DNA of 64,000 nt from Scenedesmus sp. PABB004 (taxonomy: Eukaryota). The notes under the pieces are model-generated. The model made no database searches and was not told the DNA's origin. It worked only from the letters and a program-made list of their open reading frames with translations. The position numbers were made by a program, and so were the translations under genes. Numbering within the stretch: the stretch's first letter is position 1; each line of letters starts with the position of its first letter. The stretch spans positions 310,001 through 374,000 of the forward strand of contig JABVCE010000029.1 of the NCBI GenBank assembly GCA_014905635.1, given 5' to 3'. Positions 47,094-60,022 of this stretch are shown in pieces.

Positions 47094-48781
47094 ATGTCGC
47101 GGCTGCGCGAGGAGCTGAACGCCTACCTCAGTGTCCCCGGGGCGCTGTGCTGCGTCGCGGGCGGCTGGCTGTGGCTCGCCGCGGCCCACTGCAACGAAGA
47201 GGCGCGCCGCGTGGCGCAGGCGTACGTCCTGGACGCGCTGTCGGGTGCGCCACGGCGCCACGGGAGCGCGTGCCAGGCGCCGGCAGTGCATGCGGCGCGC
47301 GGGACGGGCGGGCGGCGCCGCGGCGCGCACCGCGGCGCGCGCTGCTCCCGGCGCCGCTACGCACGCCGCTGCCGACGCCGGCGCCGCCGGTGCGCAGACG
47401 CGCGCAAGCTGGACAAGCTGCTCCCGATGCTGGTCGCGCTGCGGGGGCGCGTGGAGTCGGGCGACCCCAAGAAGTGCGAGCTGAGCGACCGGCGCTGCGT
47501 GATCCACGAGGTGCACGAGGAGGACATCCTGCTGGTCAAGGGCCCCAGCGGCGCGCCCGAGCGCAAGCCATTTGACACGCGGCACGAGACCACCGAGCGC
47601 GAGTGGCACTTGGTGCGGCGGCGGCCGCTGCGGGGGCGCCCGCGGCGCGCGGGGCGGCCAGCGGCCGCGGCGCGCCGCTTGGTTGCCGTCGGACGCACGC
47701 GCGCGCTGGCATGTGCGCGCCCCCGCGCCGACCGCCGCCGCCGCCGCGCCGCGCGCGCCTGTGCCCCCCGCGCGCAGGAGGATGACTCGCGCACGGCGAT
47801 CAAGGTCATGCGCGGGCGCGAGGCGTCGCAGGGCGAGCTCGCGAGCGTGCTCGAGGTGGCCCAGGAGTACCACGAGCGCCGCGAGGGCCACCAGTCGGCG
47901 ATGCAGACCGTCAGCCAGATCATCACGTGAGCAGAGCAGGGCCTGCCAGCCGCGCGGCCGCCGCGCGCGCCTGCTGTGGGCGCGGCGCCGACGCCGACGC
48001 CAGCCCAACCGCGGCGGTGGCCGCGCGCCCACCCACTCGCGCCCACCCACTCGCGCCACGCCGCGCCGCGCCGCGCCGCCGCGCGCAGCGGCGGGCGCTA
48101 CCAGGGGCACAAGCGCACCGAGAAGTTCCTGCCCGTCGGCGCGGTCGTCACGGTGGTCGGCGAGCTCGCGCGCAACACGGTCGCCGCGGGCGGCGGCGCG
48201 GCGCTGCGCTACCTGCTGCGCCCGCCCAGCCCCGACGGCCGGCCCTTTGTCATCACCAACAAGACCATCGCCGAGCTGCACACCAGCCTCGCGGCGCGCG
48301 CGCGCGCGTACCGGGTGCGCCGCGCGGCGCGGCGCGGCGCGGCAGGGCGGACGGGCGGCGCGGCGGGGGCCGGCGCCGACCGGGGCCTCGCCCTCCCGCC
48401 GTCGCGCCGCAGCGGCTCGCGCTCTGCCTCGGCGGCGTCGGCGCGTTCCTGGTCCTGCGCAAGGTGGCGCGGCAGGCGTGGCTGCGTCACAAGGAGCGCC
48501 AGGCGCGCGAGCGCGTGCGCAAGGCGCTCGCGCAGCACGCCGCGGCCGCAGCGGCCGGCGGCGGCGCCGCGGCGGGCGACGTCGAGGCCGGCGGCGGCGG
48601 CGCCGGCGCCGGCGACCGCGACGCGGGCGTGTGCGTGGTGTGCCTGAGCGCGCCGAGCGAGATGGTGTACACGCGCTGCGGGCACATGTGCTGCTGCGGG
48701 CGCTGCGCGACGGCGCTCGCGGCCAAGCGCTGCCCCGTGTGCCGCGCCGAGGGGCCGGCCATCAAGGTCTTCCGCACCTGA
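47094..48781 (+). CDS. SP1/MUL1-like GIDE-domain RING E3 ligase
   Basis: N-terminal TM, VALRGRV, KRTEKFLPVGAVVTVVGE, second TM, and C3HC4 RING CVVC...CGHMCCCGRC...CPVCR. Confidence 0.8.
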
Positions 48782-49053
48782 CCGGGTGGTGGGCCCGCAA
48801 GTGGGCCGCGACCGAAACGCCCGGCCGACGCCCGGCCGCCGCGGCCGGGCGGCTGTACCATACCACGCGTCCCGCGCCGCCGCCGCCGCCCGCGCGCCCG
48901 CTGCAAGAGTGCGGCCGCCGGGGGCGCGCGCGCGTGCGTTGCTTGCCAACAACACGCGCGCAACGAGGGACTCTTGTTCGTTACCCGCGGCCCCGTGCCC
49001 CGCGCCCGCCGCCCGCGCGCCCGCCCGGCCCGCCGGGCCCGGCCCGGCCCGGC

Positions 49054-50194
49054 TCAGCTCGCGCCGCCGACGCGGCGCTTGTAGCCCTCCAGCGTGTTCT
49101 GCAGCAGCATCGCGATCGTCATCGGGCCCACGCCGCCGGGCACGGGCGTGATGAGGCTCGCAACGGCCGCCGCCTCGTCAAACGCGACGTCGCCGACCAG
49201 GCGGTAGCCGCGCTTGGCGGACGCGTCGTCGACGGCGTTGATGCCGACGTCGATCACGGCCGCGCCGGGTTTGATCCAGGACCCCCGCACCATCTCGGCG
49301 CGCCCGCACGCCGCGATGACGACGTCGGCGCGGCGCACGACGGCCTCCGCGTTGGGCGTGCGCGAGTGCACCATCGTGACCGTCGCGTCGGCGTTCTGCA
49401 GCAGCAGCGCGGCGGGGAGGCCGACGATGTTGCTCCGCCCGACGACGACCGCGGTCTTGCCCGCGAGCGCGACGCCGCTGCGCTTGAGCAGCTCGAGGCA
49501 GCCCTTGGGCGTGCACGACACGAACAGCGGCGCGCGGCCGCGCATCGCGAGCGAGCCGATGTTGGTGGGGTGGAAGCCGTCGACGTCCTTGTCCAGCGAG
49601 ATCGCGTCCAGCACCGCGCGCTCGTCGATGTGCCCCGGCAGCGGCAGCTGCACGAGGATGCCGTCGACCTGCGGGTGGGGGTGGGGGGGGGGGGGGGGCG
49701 TGCGGCGTGTGAGCGCGCGGCGCGCGGACGGCCCGGGCGCGCGCCGCGCGCGGCTCAGCGCCGAGGCCCGCCGCGCGCCGCCGCCGCCGCGCCTTGGGGT
49801 CTGCGTTGTACTGCGCGACGACCTGCAGCAGCGCCTCCTGGCTCACGTCGTCGGGCAGGTCGGTGCCGAAGCTCTCGAAGCCCACCTCGGCGCAGGCCTT
49901 CTTCTTGCTGCGCACGTAGGTCTCGCTGTCCTTGCGCGCGCCGACCAGCACGACGGCGAGCCCCGGCGCGCGGCCCGCGGCCGGCGCGAGCGCCGCGACC
50001 TCGGCCGCGATCTCCTTGCGGATGTCCTCCGCGATGCGCTTGCCGTCGATCAGCCCCGCGCGCGCCGCGCCCGGCGCGGCGGCGGCCGCGGCGGCGGGCG
50101 GAGCCGCGCGGCGCGGCGCGGCGGCGCCGCGCCGGGACGGGCGCAGCGGGGCCGCCGCCGCGCGGGCGCGCGCCTGCTGCTGCGCGGCCTGCAT
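49054..50194 (-). CDS. folD: Bifunctional methylenetetrahydrofolate dehydrogenase/cyclohydrolase (organellar)
   Basis: [51 protein letters not shown]. Confidence 0.95.
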
Positions 50195-50926
50195 GCTGCT
50201 GCTGTGAGTGGGGGTGAGCTTTCGGGCGGCCTGCGGGCGGGCGGGCAGCGCGGGCGCGGGTCGGCGGCCCGGCAGCGGCGGCGGCCGGCGCTGCCGCCGC
50301 GCGGGGCCGCTGCAGCAGGCCGCTGGCAAGCAGGCCGCTGGCCAGCGCGCCACGTGTGCTCAGCCTCTCAGCCTCTCACCGGGTGGCGCGGCGCCGCGTG
50401 GGCGGGCTCGCGACCTGCTGCTGTCGGCGGTGCTGCCGCAGCGGCTGTGCGGTGGCCGGCGGGTGCAGCTGACGCGCTGGGAGGCTCAGGCGCACTGGCG
50501 CGGCGCCGGGAGCGGCGCGGCACAAGGCGCGGCTCAAGGCGCGCGGCACACGAGGGCGAGCACGCCTTCACGCGGCCGCTCAGTTCCTCACGCCCTCGAG
50601 CGTGCGCGACCGGCCTGCGCGCGCCGGGGGAGTTGCCCGGCCTCGCGCCAGCCCGACGCGCCAGCGAGCCGCCCCGCCCGCCGCCGCGGCCGGCCGCGAC
50701 GCTGCGGCGCACCCACCGCCGCCCGGCCCGCCGGCGGCCGCGTCTCCGGCCGCGCGGTCCGAGGGCGAGCCCCTACCTGCTGCTGCCCTCCTCCCTCCCG
50801 GCCCTCCCTCTCTCCCCGCCCGCGCCGGCGCGGTAGCCCTGGGAGGCCAGCGGCGGCGCAACCCCCGCAGTCAAACGTCAGCCGCCGTGCGACACACCGC
50901 AGCCAGCTGCTGCGGGCGCATCATCG

Positions 50927-52129
50927 TCAGTGCATCTTGGTCGTCTTCCACAGCGCGTCGTTGAGGTGGTGCATAAGCTCCACGCCGATGCCCTTGTTGA
51001 CGTCCCGCATCTCCGCCGTGCTCAGCGTCGTGAGGCCGACCGCCATCGCGTGCTCCTTGTCCTCCGCGTAGATCGCGACCGGCGTGCCCGCGTCGACCTG
51101 CGCGCCGCGCCGGGCCGGGCGCGCGGCGTCAGGCGCGGGGGCGCGGGGGCGCGGCGCCGCCGCCGGGCGCTGCTCGCGAGCCGTCCCCGCCTCGCCACCG
51201 CGTGTCGCCAGCCCCGCCTCGCCGGTCGCTGCGCGCCAGCCGCGCCTCGCCGGCCGCCGCGCCGCACCTCGTCGTGCATCGTCGCGCCGGGGCTGGTGAG
51301 CCCCGGGCACATGATGTTGGCGCCGGAGAGCACAAACTTGATCGCGCCCTTGTCGGTGCGCAGCTTGGGCATCATGTCCGGGTACTGCGCCAGGGATAGG
51401 GGCGGGCAGCAGGGCAGCAGGGCGGCAGCGTGATGTGGGGGGCGCGGCTGGTCGTGGGCCAGAGCCGGTGCTGCCGCCGGCGAGCGCGCACGGAGCGTCC
51501 GCGCCGCCAAGCGCAGCAGCCGCGCCTGGTGCAGGATGCGCAGCGTGGGGAACCAGTGGCCGTCGCGGTCGCTGTAGAAGAGGGGGACCTCGTTGATGAA
51601 GGCCACCTGCATGTAGCTCGACCTGCGCACCGCCGGCGGGGTGGCGCGGGTTGCCGCCGCGGCTGCTGCTGCCACTGCGCGCGCCGGCTGCCGCTGGGCC
51701 GCAGCGCCATTCATCCTCGAGCTGCCGACGGCGCCAGCGGCCGGCCAGCGGCGCCAGCAGCAGCGACGGCAGCAGCGCCGGCAGCAGCGGCGGCGGCAGC
51801 AGCGGCCGCGCCCGCCGCGCCGCCGCGTCGCCGGCGGGCCCGCTGCGCGCTCCGCGGCGCGGCCTCACGTTTTGGCGACGAACATGGGGTCCTTCTTGGG
51901 CATCAGCGCATCGAGCACGCCGCTGTCCGCGAGGAAGGGGTACTGCTCGCCGATGGAGGCTGCGGGCGGGCGGCACGGGCGTGCGGGCGGCGCGCTCGGC
52001 ACGGCAGCGGACGCAGCAGGAGCCCGGCCACCACCACGCGCCGCCGCGCGCACAGCGGATGCCGCGCGCCACGGAGGCCTTGACTTGCGTGTAGCCGCTG
52101 ATTTCTGAGTTGCCAAACTTCTTAAACAT
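50927..52129 (-). CDS. MCTS1: MCTS1/TMA20 PUA-domain translation reinitiation factor
   Basis: MFKKF...QVKASVARGIR, FPTLRILHQ|YP, DKGAIKFVLSGANIMCPGLTS, NKGIGVELMHHLNDALW. Confidence 0.93.
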   Translation of the reverse strand: MFKKFGNSEISGYTQVKASVARGIRCARGGAWWWPGSCCVRCRAERAARTPVPPARSLHRRAVPLPRGQRRARCADAQEGPHVRRQNVRPRRGARSGPAGDAAARRARPLLPPPLLPALLPSLLLAPLAGRWRRRQLEDEWRCGPAAAGARSGSSSRGGNPRHPAGGAQVELHAGGLHQRGPPLLQRPRRPLVPHAAHPAPGAAAALGGADAPCALAGGSTGSGPRPAAPPTSRCRPAALLPAPIPGAVPGHDAQAAHRQGRDQVCALRRQHHVPGAHQPRRDDARRGAARRPARRGWRAATGEAGLATRGGEAGTAREQRPAAAPRPRAPAPDAARPARRGAQVDAGTPVAIYAEDKEHAMAVGLTTLSTAEMRDVNKGIGVELMHHLNDALWKTTKMH

Positions 52130-52323
52130 GGTGCCCTGCCGGCCTAGTGCGTGCTCCCAGGGCTGGCACGGGGGCTGGGCATGACCCGACCCGGTCTGCA
52201 GGCCGCCGCGGGCAGGGAGTGCGGTGCGCCGGGGGCGCCGGTGCGGGTGTCGCTGCCAGCCGCGTCGGGGCGCGGCGCGCTGAACCTCGGCCGCCAACGC
52301 GCGGTTGCCGCGTGCGCGCGCCG

Positions 52324-55300
52324 TCACCGCGCGGCGCCGCCGTCCTCCCCGCCCGGCAGCGCCGCGGCCAGCCACGCGCGCCGGCCCGCCTCGCCGCCAG
52401 CCAGCGCGGGCTGGCGCGCGCGCCGCGGCGGCGAGGCGCTCCCCGCCTTCAGCGCCCCCGCCGCGGCGCTGGGCGACTGGTCGTGCTCGCCGCAGTCCGC
52501 CGAGCTGCGTCGCAGCGCGAGCACGGCCTTCCGCCCGCCGCCGCCGGGCTCGTGCGGCGCGGCGTCGAGGCTGCTGCTCGCGGCGGCCAGGCGGCTGGGG
52601 CTGCCGCCGCGCCCGCCGGCCGCGTTGGCCGCCGCCGCCGCCGCGTTCAGCGCGCCACAGCTGCTGCTGCTGCGGGCGCCCAGCCGCCGCGTGGCGCCGG
52701 CGCCGGGGCTCTCGCTGCCGCCCCGGCGGCCGGCGGCGGCGCTCGGCGAGCCCTGCGCGCTCTCTGCGCTCCAGACCACGCCGCCGTCGCTGAGGCTCGC
52801 CGCGGCGCACTGGTGCTGCTTGGGCGAGCCCGCCAGCACGCCGCCGTCGCTCGCGCTCACCGGCGCGCCGCGCTGCCAGGGCCGGCCCCCGCTGCTGCTG
52901 CGGCCCGGCGACTGCGCCGCTGCCAGCACGCCGCCCGGAAGCTCCTGCGAGGCGTTCAGCGAGCGGCGCATGTGGCCGCGATATGCTGCCAGCTTGGCCG
53001 CAAGCCTGCTGCTCGGCGACGACTGCTCGTCCGCCGCCTCCTGCTCCGCCGTGGGCTCGGGCGGGCGCGGCCCCACCTCCTCCTGCTGCTGCTGCTGCTG
53101 CTGGCTCTGCTGCGGATGCTGCTGCCGCTGCTGCGGATGCTGCTGCTGCGTCTGGCCCTGGGCAAGGCACGCCACCAGCTCCGCGAGCTGGGGCCCACCG
53201 GGCCGCGGCACGGCCGCCGCTCCCCGCTGGGCGGCGGGCAGCGCCTGCCCCAGCCGCGCCAGCACCGCGGCGGCCGCCGCTGCCACCTTGGTGCCGCTGG
53301 GCGGGCCCGCGCCTGCGCCCGCGGGGGTGCTGCTGCCTGCGGCCACGAGGCGCGCCCGGGGCTGGTGGCTGTGCGCCATCAGCGCCATGACGCGCCGCTC
53401 GTGCTCGGCCGCCAGGTCGGCCAGGGCGGCCGCGTGCTGGTGCTGCACGGCGCCCAGCGCCGCGCGGGCCTCTTCGAGCTGCTGCTCCCGCTCCGCAAGC
53501 TCCAGCGCCAGCTGCCCCGTCTGCGTGAGCGGCGGGCGGCGCTCAGGGGGCGGCGAGCTGCGCGTGCAACGCAGCCCGCCGCTCTCGCGCGCCCCTCACC
53601 ACCACGCACCTTTGTGGCCGCCTCGTGCTGCGCGCCGCCCTGGCTCGCGAGCTCGTCGAGCGCCGCCGCCAGCAGCGCCGCGAGCTGCCCGGGCGGCAGG
53701 CGCGGCGCCTGCGCGCCCAGCTGCGCCGCGGCCGCGCTCGCCGCGGCCGCGGCCGCCTCCTGCTGCTCGGCCTGGCGGCGCATCAGGGCCATCTCGGCTG
53801 CTGAGCCGTCGAGCTGATCTTCCAGCCCCTCCAGCAGGCACTGCTCCATCGGCCCCAGGCCGCCGGCGTCCGCGCCGTCGTCGCCGTCGTCGCCGTCCGC
53901 GGCGGCGTCCCCGCCGCCTCGCCGCCGCAGGCGCCTGATGTCCAGCTGCGCCTTTGCCGACACCAGGTGCTCGTGCTGCGCCGCCGCGTCGTCCAGGCGG
54001 CGCCGCAGCCGCGCCGCCGCCTCGGTCGCCGCCCTGCGCTCCGCCAGCAGCTGCACCTGGCGGCGCACCCACTCGCTGTCGGGCTGCTGCTGCGCCGAGG
54101 ACGCCTGGCCGGGCTTGAGCGCCGCCGTGCTGCCGCGCAGCGAGCCGGCGCCGAGGACCCCGAGGCTGCCCCCCTGGCTGCCGCGGCCGCCGGCCCGCCG
54201 CCCGCCGCCGCCACCCCACGGCGGCGGGCTCGGGCTGCTGCTGCTGCGCCGCGGCGACGACGGCGCGCTGTGCCGCGGGCTGGGCGACAGGGCCTGCCGG
54301 CTGCGCGTGAGCGAGCCCTGCACGGCCAGCTGGCGCAGCTGGCGCTGCGCCGCGGCCGCCTCCTCGCTGCGCGCGCGCAGCGCCGAGCGCTGCCGCAGAT
54401 TCTCCGCCTCCAGCTCCGACACGCGCCGCTTGGCCGCATCGGCTGTGCGCGGCCGCGGCGGCGGCGGCGTGAGCGCGGGCAAGCAACGCGCGCCGGCCAG
54501 CGCAGCTCGCGGAGCCCCCGCCCCCGCCCGCGCGCCGCTCACCGGCTTTGCGCAGCGCCGCCAGCTCCCGCGCCTTGTCCGCCGAGGCCTTCTCCTGCGC
54601 CGCGAGGCGCTCCGCCAGGCGCCGCCGCAGCGCGTCCTGCTCCGCGCGCATGCTCGCCAGCGTTGTCTGCAGCTGCGACACGCGCCCGGCAGCGCGCTGG
54701 CGCTCCCGCTCCAGCCGCGCCGCGTCCTGCGGCGCGCGGCGCGCGGCGGCATTCGCGTCGACGGGGCCCCAAGCGCCGCCCGCCCCCTCACGCGAGCGCC
54801 GCCTCGCGCCGCCGCCGCTGCCGCCCGCGCGTGCACTCGCACCTGCCCGCGCAGCTGCTGCCTCACGCCGCCCATCTGCGCCGCCACGGCGGCGATGCGT
54901 GCCTCGTACTCCGCCCGCATCGCCGCCTTGGCCTCGGCGCTCGCCGCGGCGTCGGCCTCCACGCGCGCGAGCGCGGCCTGCAGCTCCTCCATGTCGAGGC
55001 TCAGCTCGGCCAGCTCCGTCTCGAGCTCGCGGCACCGATCCTGCGCGGCAGGGGCGGCGGCAGCGGCGCCGCGGGGTGTGGGGGCTCCGCGCGCTCCGCG
55101 CCCGGCGCGGCGTGGCCACTGCTGCCGCCGCTGCAGCGCGCGCGCGCCGGCAGCCCACCCACCAGGTAGACAGCGCCCAGCTCGCGCGCCTCGGCCTCGC
55201 TGCTCTGCAGCGTCGCGATCAGGCCCTCCTGGCTGGCGATGGCGCCCGCGAGCGTCGCGAGCTGCGCCTCGAGCGCCGCGCGCGAGCGCTCAAACGCGCG

Positions 55301-58300
55301 CGCCGCCGCCGCGGCCTCGGCCTGCGGCGCCGCGCGGCGGCGTCGGGGAGCGCCGTGGGCGCCCGGGGCTCGGCTGCAGGTGGCTCGCAGCGCCCGCAGC
55401 GGCGTGCGTGCGGGGCTGCAGTGTGGCCGCGCGCAGCAGCTGGGGCGCGCCGCGCACCTGCGCGGCGGCCTTCTCGTCCTCCAGCGCCGCCTTGTCTGCC
55501 AGCACGACCTGCAGCTCGGCCAGCAGGTGGCCGTCCTCCTGCGGCGCGTGCGGCGCGTGGCGACGGTGAGCGCGGGGAGGGCTGCGCTGCGCGTTGTGTT
55601 GTTGCCCTGCCGCGCGCGCGAACCTCAAAGCTCGGCGCGGCGAGGTCGGCCAGGTCTGAGTCGCTGATGCAGCTGGCCAGCTCGTCATCATACAGCACCT
55701 GCCGCGCGGCCGGGGCGGCGGCGGCGTGGTCGGCGCGGCCGTGGCCGGCTCGGCGGAGGCCGCTGGCTGCGCAGGCCTGCGCAGCCCGCCCCCCGAGGCA
55801 GCGCTCGCCCACCTGGTCCTCGCCGTCGTCGCCGCCAGGCGGCTGCTCGTCGTCGAAGCCAGCCTCGTCGCCCGCGCGCTCCGTCGGCACGGGCGTCGGC
55901 GTCTCCGCCGCGGCGCCGGCGTCGTGCGCCGAGGGCAGTGCGGCAAGGCTGAGCTCGCCTGCCAGGGCCTTGTCCGGGCTGCCCGGCGCGCGGGCGCCAT
56001 CGCCGGGGGCGGCCGTCTGCAGCGCGAGCGCGCGGCCGCGCCACCGCCGCAGCTCCGCATGCAGCGCCGCTGCGCGCGCGCCGCCGGTCTCGCGCTCGGC
56101 CGCCGCCGCAGCCTCGGCGGCGGCCAGCTGGTCGCGCAGCTTCGCCGCCTCGCGCACGCGCTCCCCGAAAATCTCCTCGTCGCGCGCCAGGTCTGCCTTT
56201 GCAAGCGCCAGCTCTGCCTCCGTCTGCGCCAGCTGCGCGCGCGCCGCTTCGAGTTGCTGCGGCGCGGCGCGGCGCGGGGCGGCTCGGCGTTGGCGGCGCG
56301 GACGGCTGAGAGCGCGAGCGCCGAGCGCGGCGCCGCGCCCGCACCTGGCGCAGCTCCTGCGGCTCGTGGTCGCTGCCAGCGCCGCCGGCCGCGGCCGCGG
56401 CCGCCGCGCGGATGGTCGCGGCCAGGCCCTGGTCGCAGCTCGCGTCCACGCTCAGCGCCGGCAGCGGGTGGCTCTGCACGTCCAGCAGGCGCCTGTGCCG
56501 CGGCGGGCTCGCCGGCGCGGCGGCGGCGGCGGGCGGCTCCGGCCTGCGCCCCTGCTCCTCCAGCTGCAGCTCGAGCACCGCCGCCTGCGCGTGCGCCGTC
56601 GCGAGGTGGACCTCCAGGTCAGCCACCTGCTGCTGCAGCGCCTCGAGCTGCGCCTGCTGCGCCTGCTGCGCTGCGTCGTGCCGCCGCACGTCCGCCAGCA
56701 CGCCTGGCGGTGTGCGTGTTTGGTGGGGGAGGGCGGAGAGCAGGGCGGGCGCAGCGCCGCGCTCAGCGGTTCCCGGCGCCGGCGCGCGCCGCCTCGGGCG
56801 ACGGCGGGGTGAGCGCGCGGCGCACCGTCATCCAGCGCGAGCGCCGGCCCCGCCGCGAGCTCCTGCAGTCCCTGGAGCAGCCGCAGCGCGTCCGCGTCGC
56901 TGCAGCGCGCCGCGTCGGTCAGCAGCTGCTCCGGCAGCACCCGGAAGGTGAGCGGGCCCAGCACGGCGGCCGCGAAGCGGCGCAGCAGCAGCAGCTGCAG
57001 CGCCTGCGCGTCTCCCGCGACGCCGCCGGCCCCGGCGCCGAGGCGCCGCCGGTTGGCCACGGGCGTGTTGCGCACACGGCGGGCGCGCGCGGCATATTTG
57101 AGCGTCGTCAGGCTCTCCGCCAGCGCCTCGTCGGCGGCGCTCACGCATGCGATCATCAGCGTCTTGGCGCTGCCGCCGAGCGAGTCCTGGGGGCGCACGT
57201 GCGGCGGCAACCCAGCGGCGTCCCGGCAGCGGCTCAGCGGCGGGCCGCGGCGCCGGCGCGCGCTCTGCCGCCGGCCGGCAGCAAGCTGGCGGCCGGCGGC
57301 GCCGCGCCGGGGCCCGCACCTGCAGCAGGCGCGTGAGCTTGGAGTCGCGGTACGGCACGTGGCGCCCGCCCCGTCGCTCGTCGCTGAGCGCGCTGATGAC
57401 CTTACCCAGCGCGAGCAGGCCCTGTGCGCGCGGCGCGGCGTGGCGGCACGGCGGCGGCAGCGCGCTCGGGGCATGGGCGCACCGGCGGGCCGGCCGCGGC
57501 GCCGCAACAACCACCGCGCCGGTCCCCGCCCCAGACGGAGCAGGGGCGGCACCGCCGCGCTCGCTCGCCTGGTTGATGGTCACCGTCTCGCGGAGCGCCG
57601 CCCCGACCACGCCCGTGCGCTTGGTGCGCTCGCTGCCGGCGAGGTCGACAAGGTGGAACTTGGCGCACCGCACCTCCACGCCGCCGCCGCCGCTGCCGCT
57701 GCCGCCGTCGGGCTGCTGCTGGGGCTGCTGCTGGGGCTGCTCCGCGGTCGCCGCGGCGCCCGCCCCGCCGCCGCGGAGGCTCTGCTCGACTATGATGGTG
57801 AAGATGGCGTGGCTGCGGCTGGAGGCCTCGTTGAGCGACGTCGCGCCCGTCGCGCGCGCGAGCGCACCGCGGTCCAGCAGCGCCGCCAGGTCCTCGCAGC
57901 GCGCCGCCGCCTCCTCGCGCGCGCCTGCGCCGCGCGGCGCGGCGCGGCGGGGCGGCGGCGGCGGCAGCGGCGGCGGCGCGGTCGGCGCCGAGGCCTGGTG
58001 GCTGCGCCGAGGCCGAGCCCGCCGCCGCGGCCGCGGCCGCCGCACCCGTGACGACGATCTGGCCGTCGGGGCACTCCCGGATCGCGATGCCGCCGCGCTG
58101 CGCACCGCCCCCGCCGGCGCCGCCCGCGCCGCCGGCGCTGGCGCTGAACGCGCTGCCGGCGCCGCCGGTGCCGCCGGCGGCCGGCGCGGCGCAGGGTGGC
58201 GCCAGCAGGTCGCGCAGCTCCTCGTTGTGGATCTCTAGGAACTGCGCGCGCACCGCAAAGCTGCCGCCGCGCTGCGCCGCCGACGCCCCCAGCGCCTCGA

Positions 58301-58312
58301 ACAGCCGCCTGC

Positions 58313-58349
<37 letters not shown>

Positions 58350-58969
58350 GGTCGCTCAGGGGCGGCCGCCACGGCCGCCGGCATGCCGCGGCCTGACGCG
58401 CGGGGGAGTGCGCGCAGCGGCCGGGCGCACGTGATGACGCGCGGGATGATGCCCTGCTGCTCCGGCATGCAGTGCAGCGCGCTGCTTGACCCCATGGTGT
58501 AGGTCTTGCCCGACCCTGCGGCAGCGGCGGCGTGCGGTGAGCTGCCACAGCGACGCACTGTTGGCCAGCCGGCCCAGCCAGCCGTGGCCCAGCCAGCCCG
58601 TGCTCCGCTGCGCGCGGCCGCCGCCCAGACGCGCGCGCCCGTGGGGCCGTATGCGAGGACCGTCGCGTTGAAGCCCTCCACCACAGCGTCGACGAGGTCG
58701 GCCACGCACGCGCTGAACACCGCCTCCTGCGCCGCGCCCGGCCCAAACGCGTGGTCGAACGCCCACCCCCGCGCGCCGCCGAGCACGACGCCGCCGCCGC
58801 GCTCGTCCACCGCGACGCACGCGCGCGCGCCGGCGAGGCGCTCGCGCGCGGAGAGCGGCCGCGCGCGCAGGGCGACGCGCACGGCGGCCGTGCCGGCGGC
58901 CGCGCCGGCGGCCGCGCCGGCGGGCGCGGGGGCGTCGCCGCCGCCGCAGCCGCTGGCATGATCGGCCAT
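52324..58969 (-). CDS. Kinesin-4-like motor with long coiled-coil and low-complexity tail
   Basis: VRVALRARP, LAYGPTG|SGKTYTMG, NEASSRSHAIF, LVDLAGSER, HVPYRDSKLTRLLQ|DSLGG. Tail exon structure is approximate. Confidence 0.88.
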
Positions 58970-59457
58970 GCTGCGCCTGTTGCCGCCGACGACCGGGAGC
59001 TCACGCCGCGCGCGGCGGCGCTCGCGGCGCAGCGGTGACCCCGGTCGACTGCATGCGCTGCGGCCTCGGTGAGCGTAGCTGAGGACGGCCCGGGGCGGCG
59101 CGCCGCGAGCAGCAACCGCCGTCGTTCGCGTCGGTTTCGCCGGCCTCGCTGCTCAGCAGAGCCGCCGCTGGCTGAGCGATGCGCGTGCGTGGCGATGCGT
59201 GAAAGCTGTCGCGGAGTGGCGGGCGGCGCCTCCGCGGCGCCAGACGTCGGCCGGCCGACCAGCGAGGGCTCAGGCGCGCGCCCCTGCGCCTGCCGGCCCG
59301 CGCCGCCGCTCCGCACCTGCCCGCATCCGGGGCAGCAGCACCCCCATTCCGCCGCCCCTGCGCAAACACCCGGACCCAGCCGAGCGCCAGGGCCGCGCGC
59401 GCAGCAGCAGCAGCAGCGGCCGGCGGCGGCGGCGGCTGCCGCTCGGCGCGGCGCGCC

Positions 59458-59799
59458 ATGCTCAAGCACCTCAAGCGCGTGTTCATCAGCTTCCACCCCG
59501 CCGACCCCAAGGCCACGGCGGCGCGGGCGCTGCTGGCAGCAGTGGGCAACGCCGCCGCGCGGGAGAGCAACCCCTCCTGCGTCGTGGAGCATGTCGTCGT
59601 GGAGACGGCGGCGGTGCCGCGGTCGTGCGTCGAGCTGCTCTTCGCGGACGGCGAGTCGCACACGCTCTACACGGCCGACCTGAAGGTGGCGGACATCGTG
59701 AAGATGATCGACGTCAAAGCCACGGAGATGGAGCTCCGCAGCGTGCTGAAGGACGTCGCCTACGACCCCTTCGCCGCCAAGAGCGGCGGCGCTCGCTAG
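59458..59799 (+). CDS. Mitochondrial ribosomal protein mL53-like (intronless)
   Basis: 113 aa: MLKHLKRVFISFHPADPKATAARALL...ESNPSC...VELLFADG, with typical coding codon bias. Confidence 0.75.
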   Translation: MLKHLKRVFISFHPADPKATAARALLAAVGNAAARESNPSCVVEHVVVETAAVPRSCVELLFADGESHTLYTADLKVADIVKMIDVKATEMELRSVLKDVAYDPFAAKSGGAR

Positions 59800-60022
59800 C
59801 GGCAAAACGGCGCGGCGGCAGCAGCAGATGCTGCTGCCACGGCCGCGAGCGGCGTGCGCAGCGAGAGTGCAGCAGCTGAGACTTGCCGTGGGTTGCGGGC
59901 GGGCGGCACTGTCGATCTGGCCGGCGAGGGGCGCGCCGCTGCAACACGCGGTGCTCGGACAGCGGCGCGTTGCAACCGCGGCGCACGCACCGAGCCCACA
60001 AGCCCCGCGCCCCCCGCGCCGC

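Noticed and set aside
47572..56812. Very long Arg/Ala/Pro-rich ORFs (881, 754 aa and others)
   Set aside because: Off-frame or antisense to recognisable spliced genes, with no domain signal.
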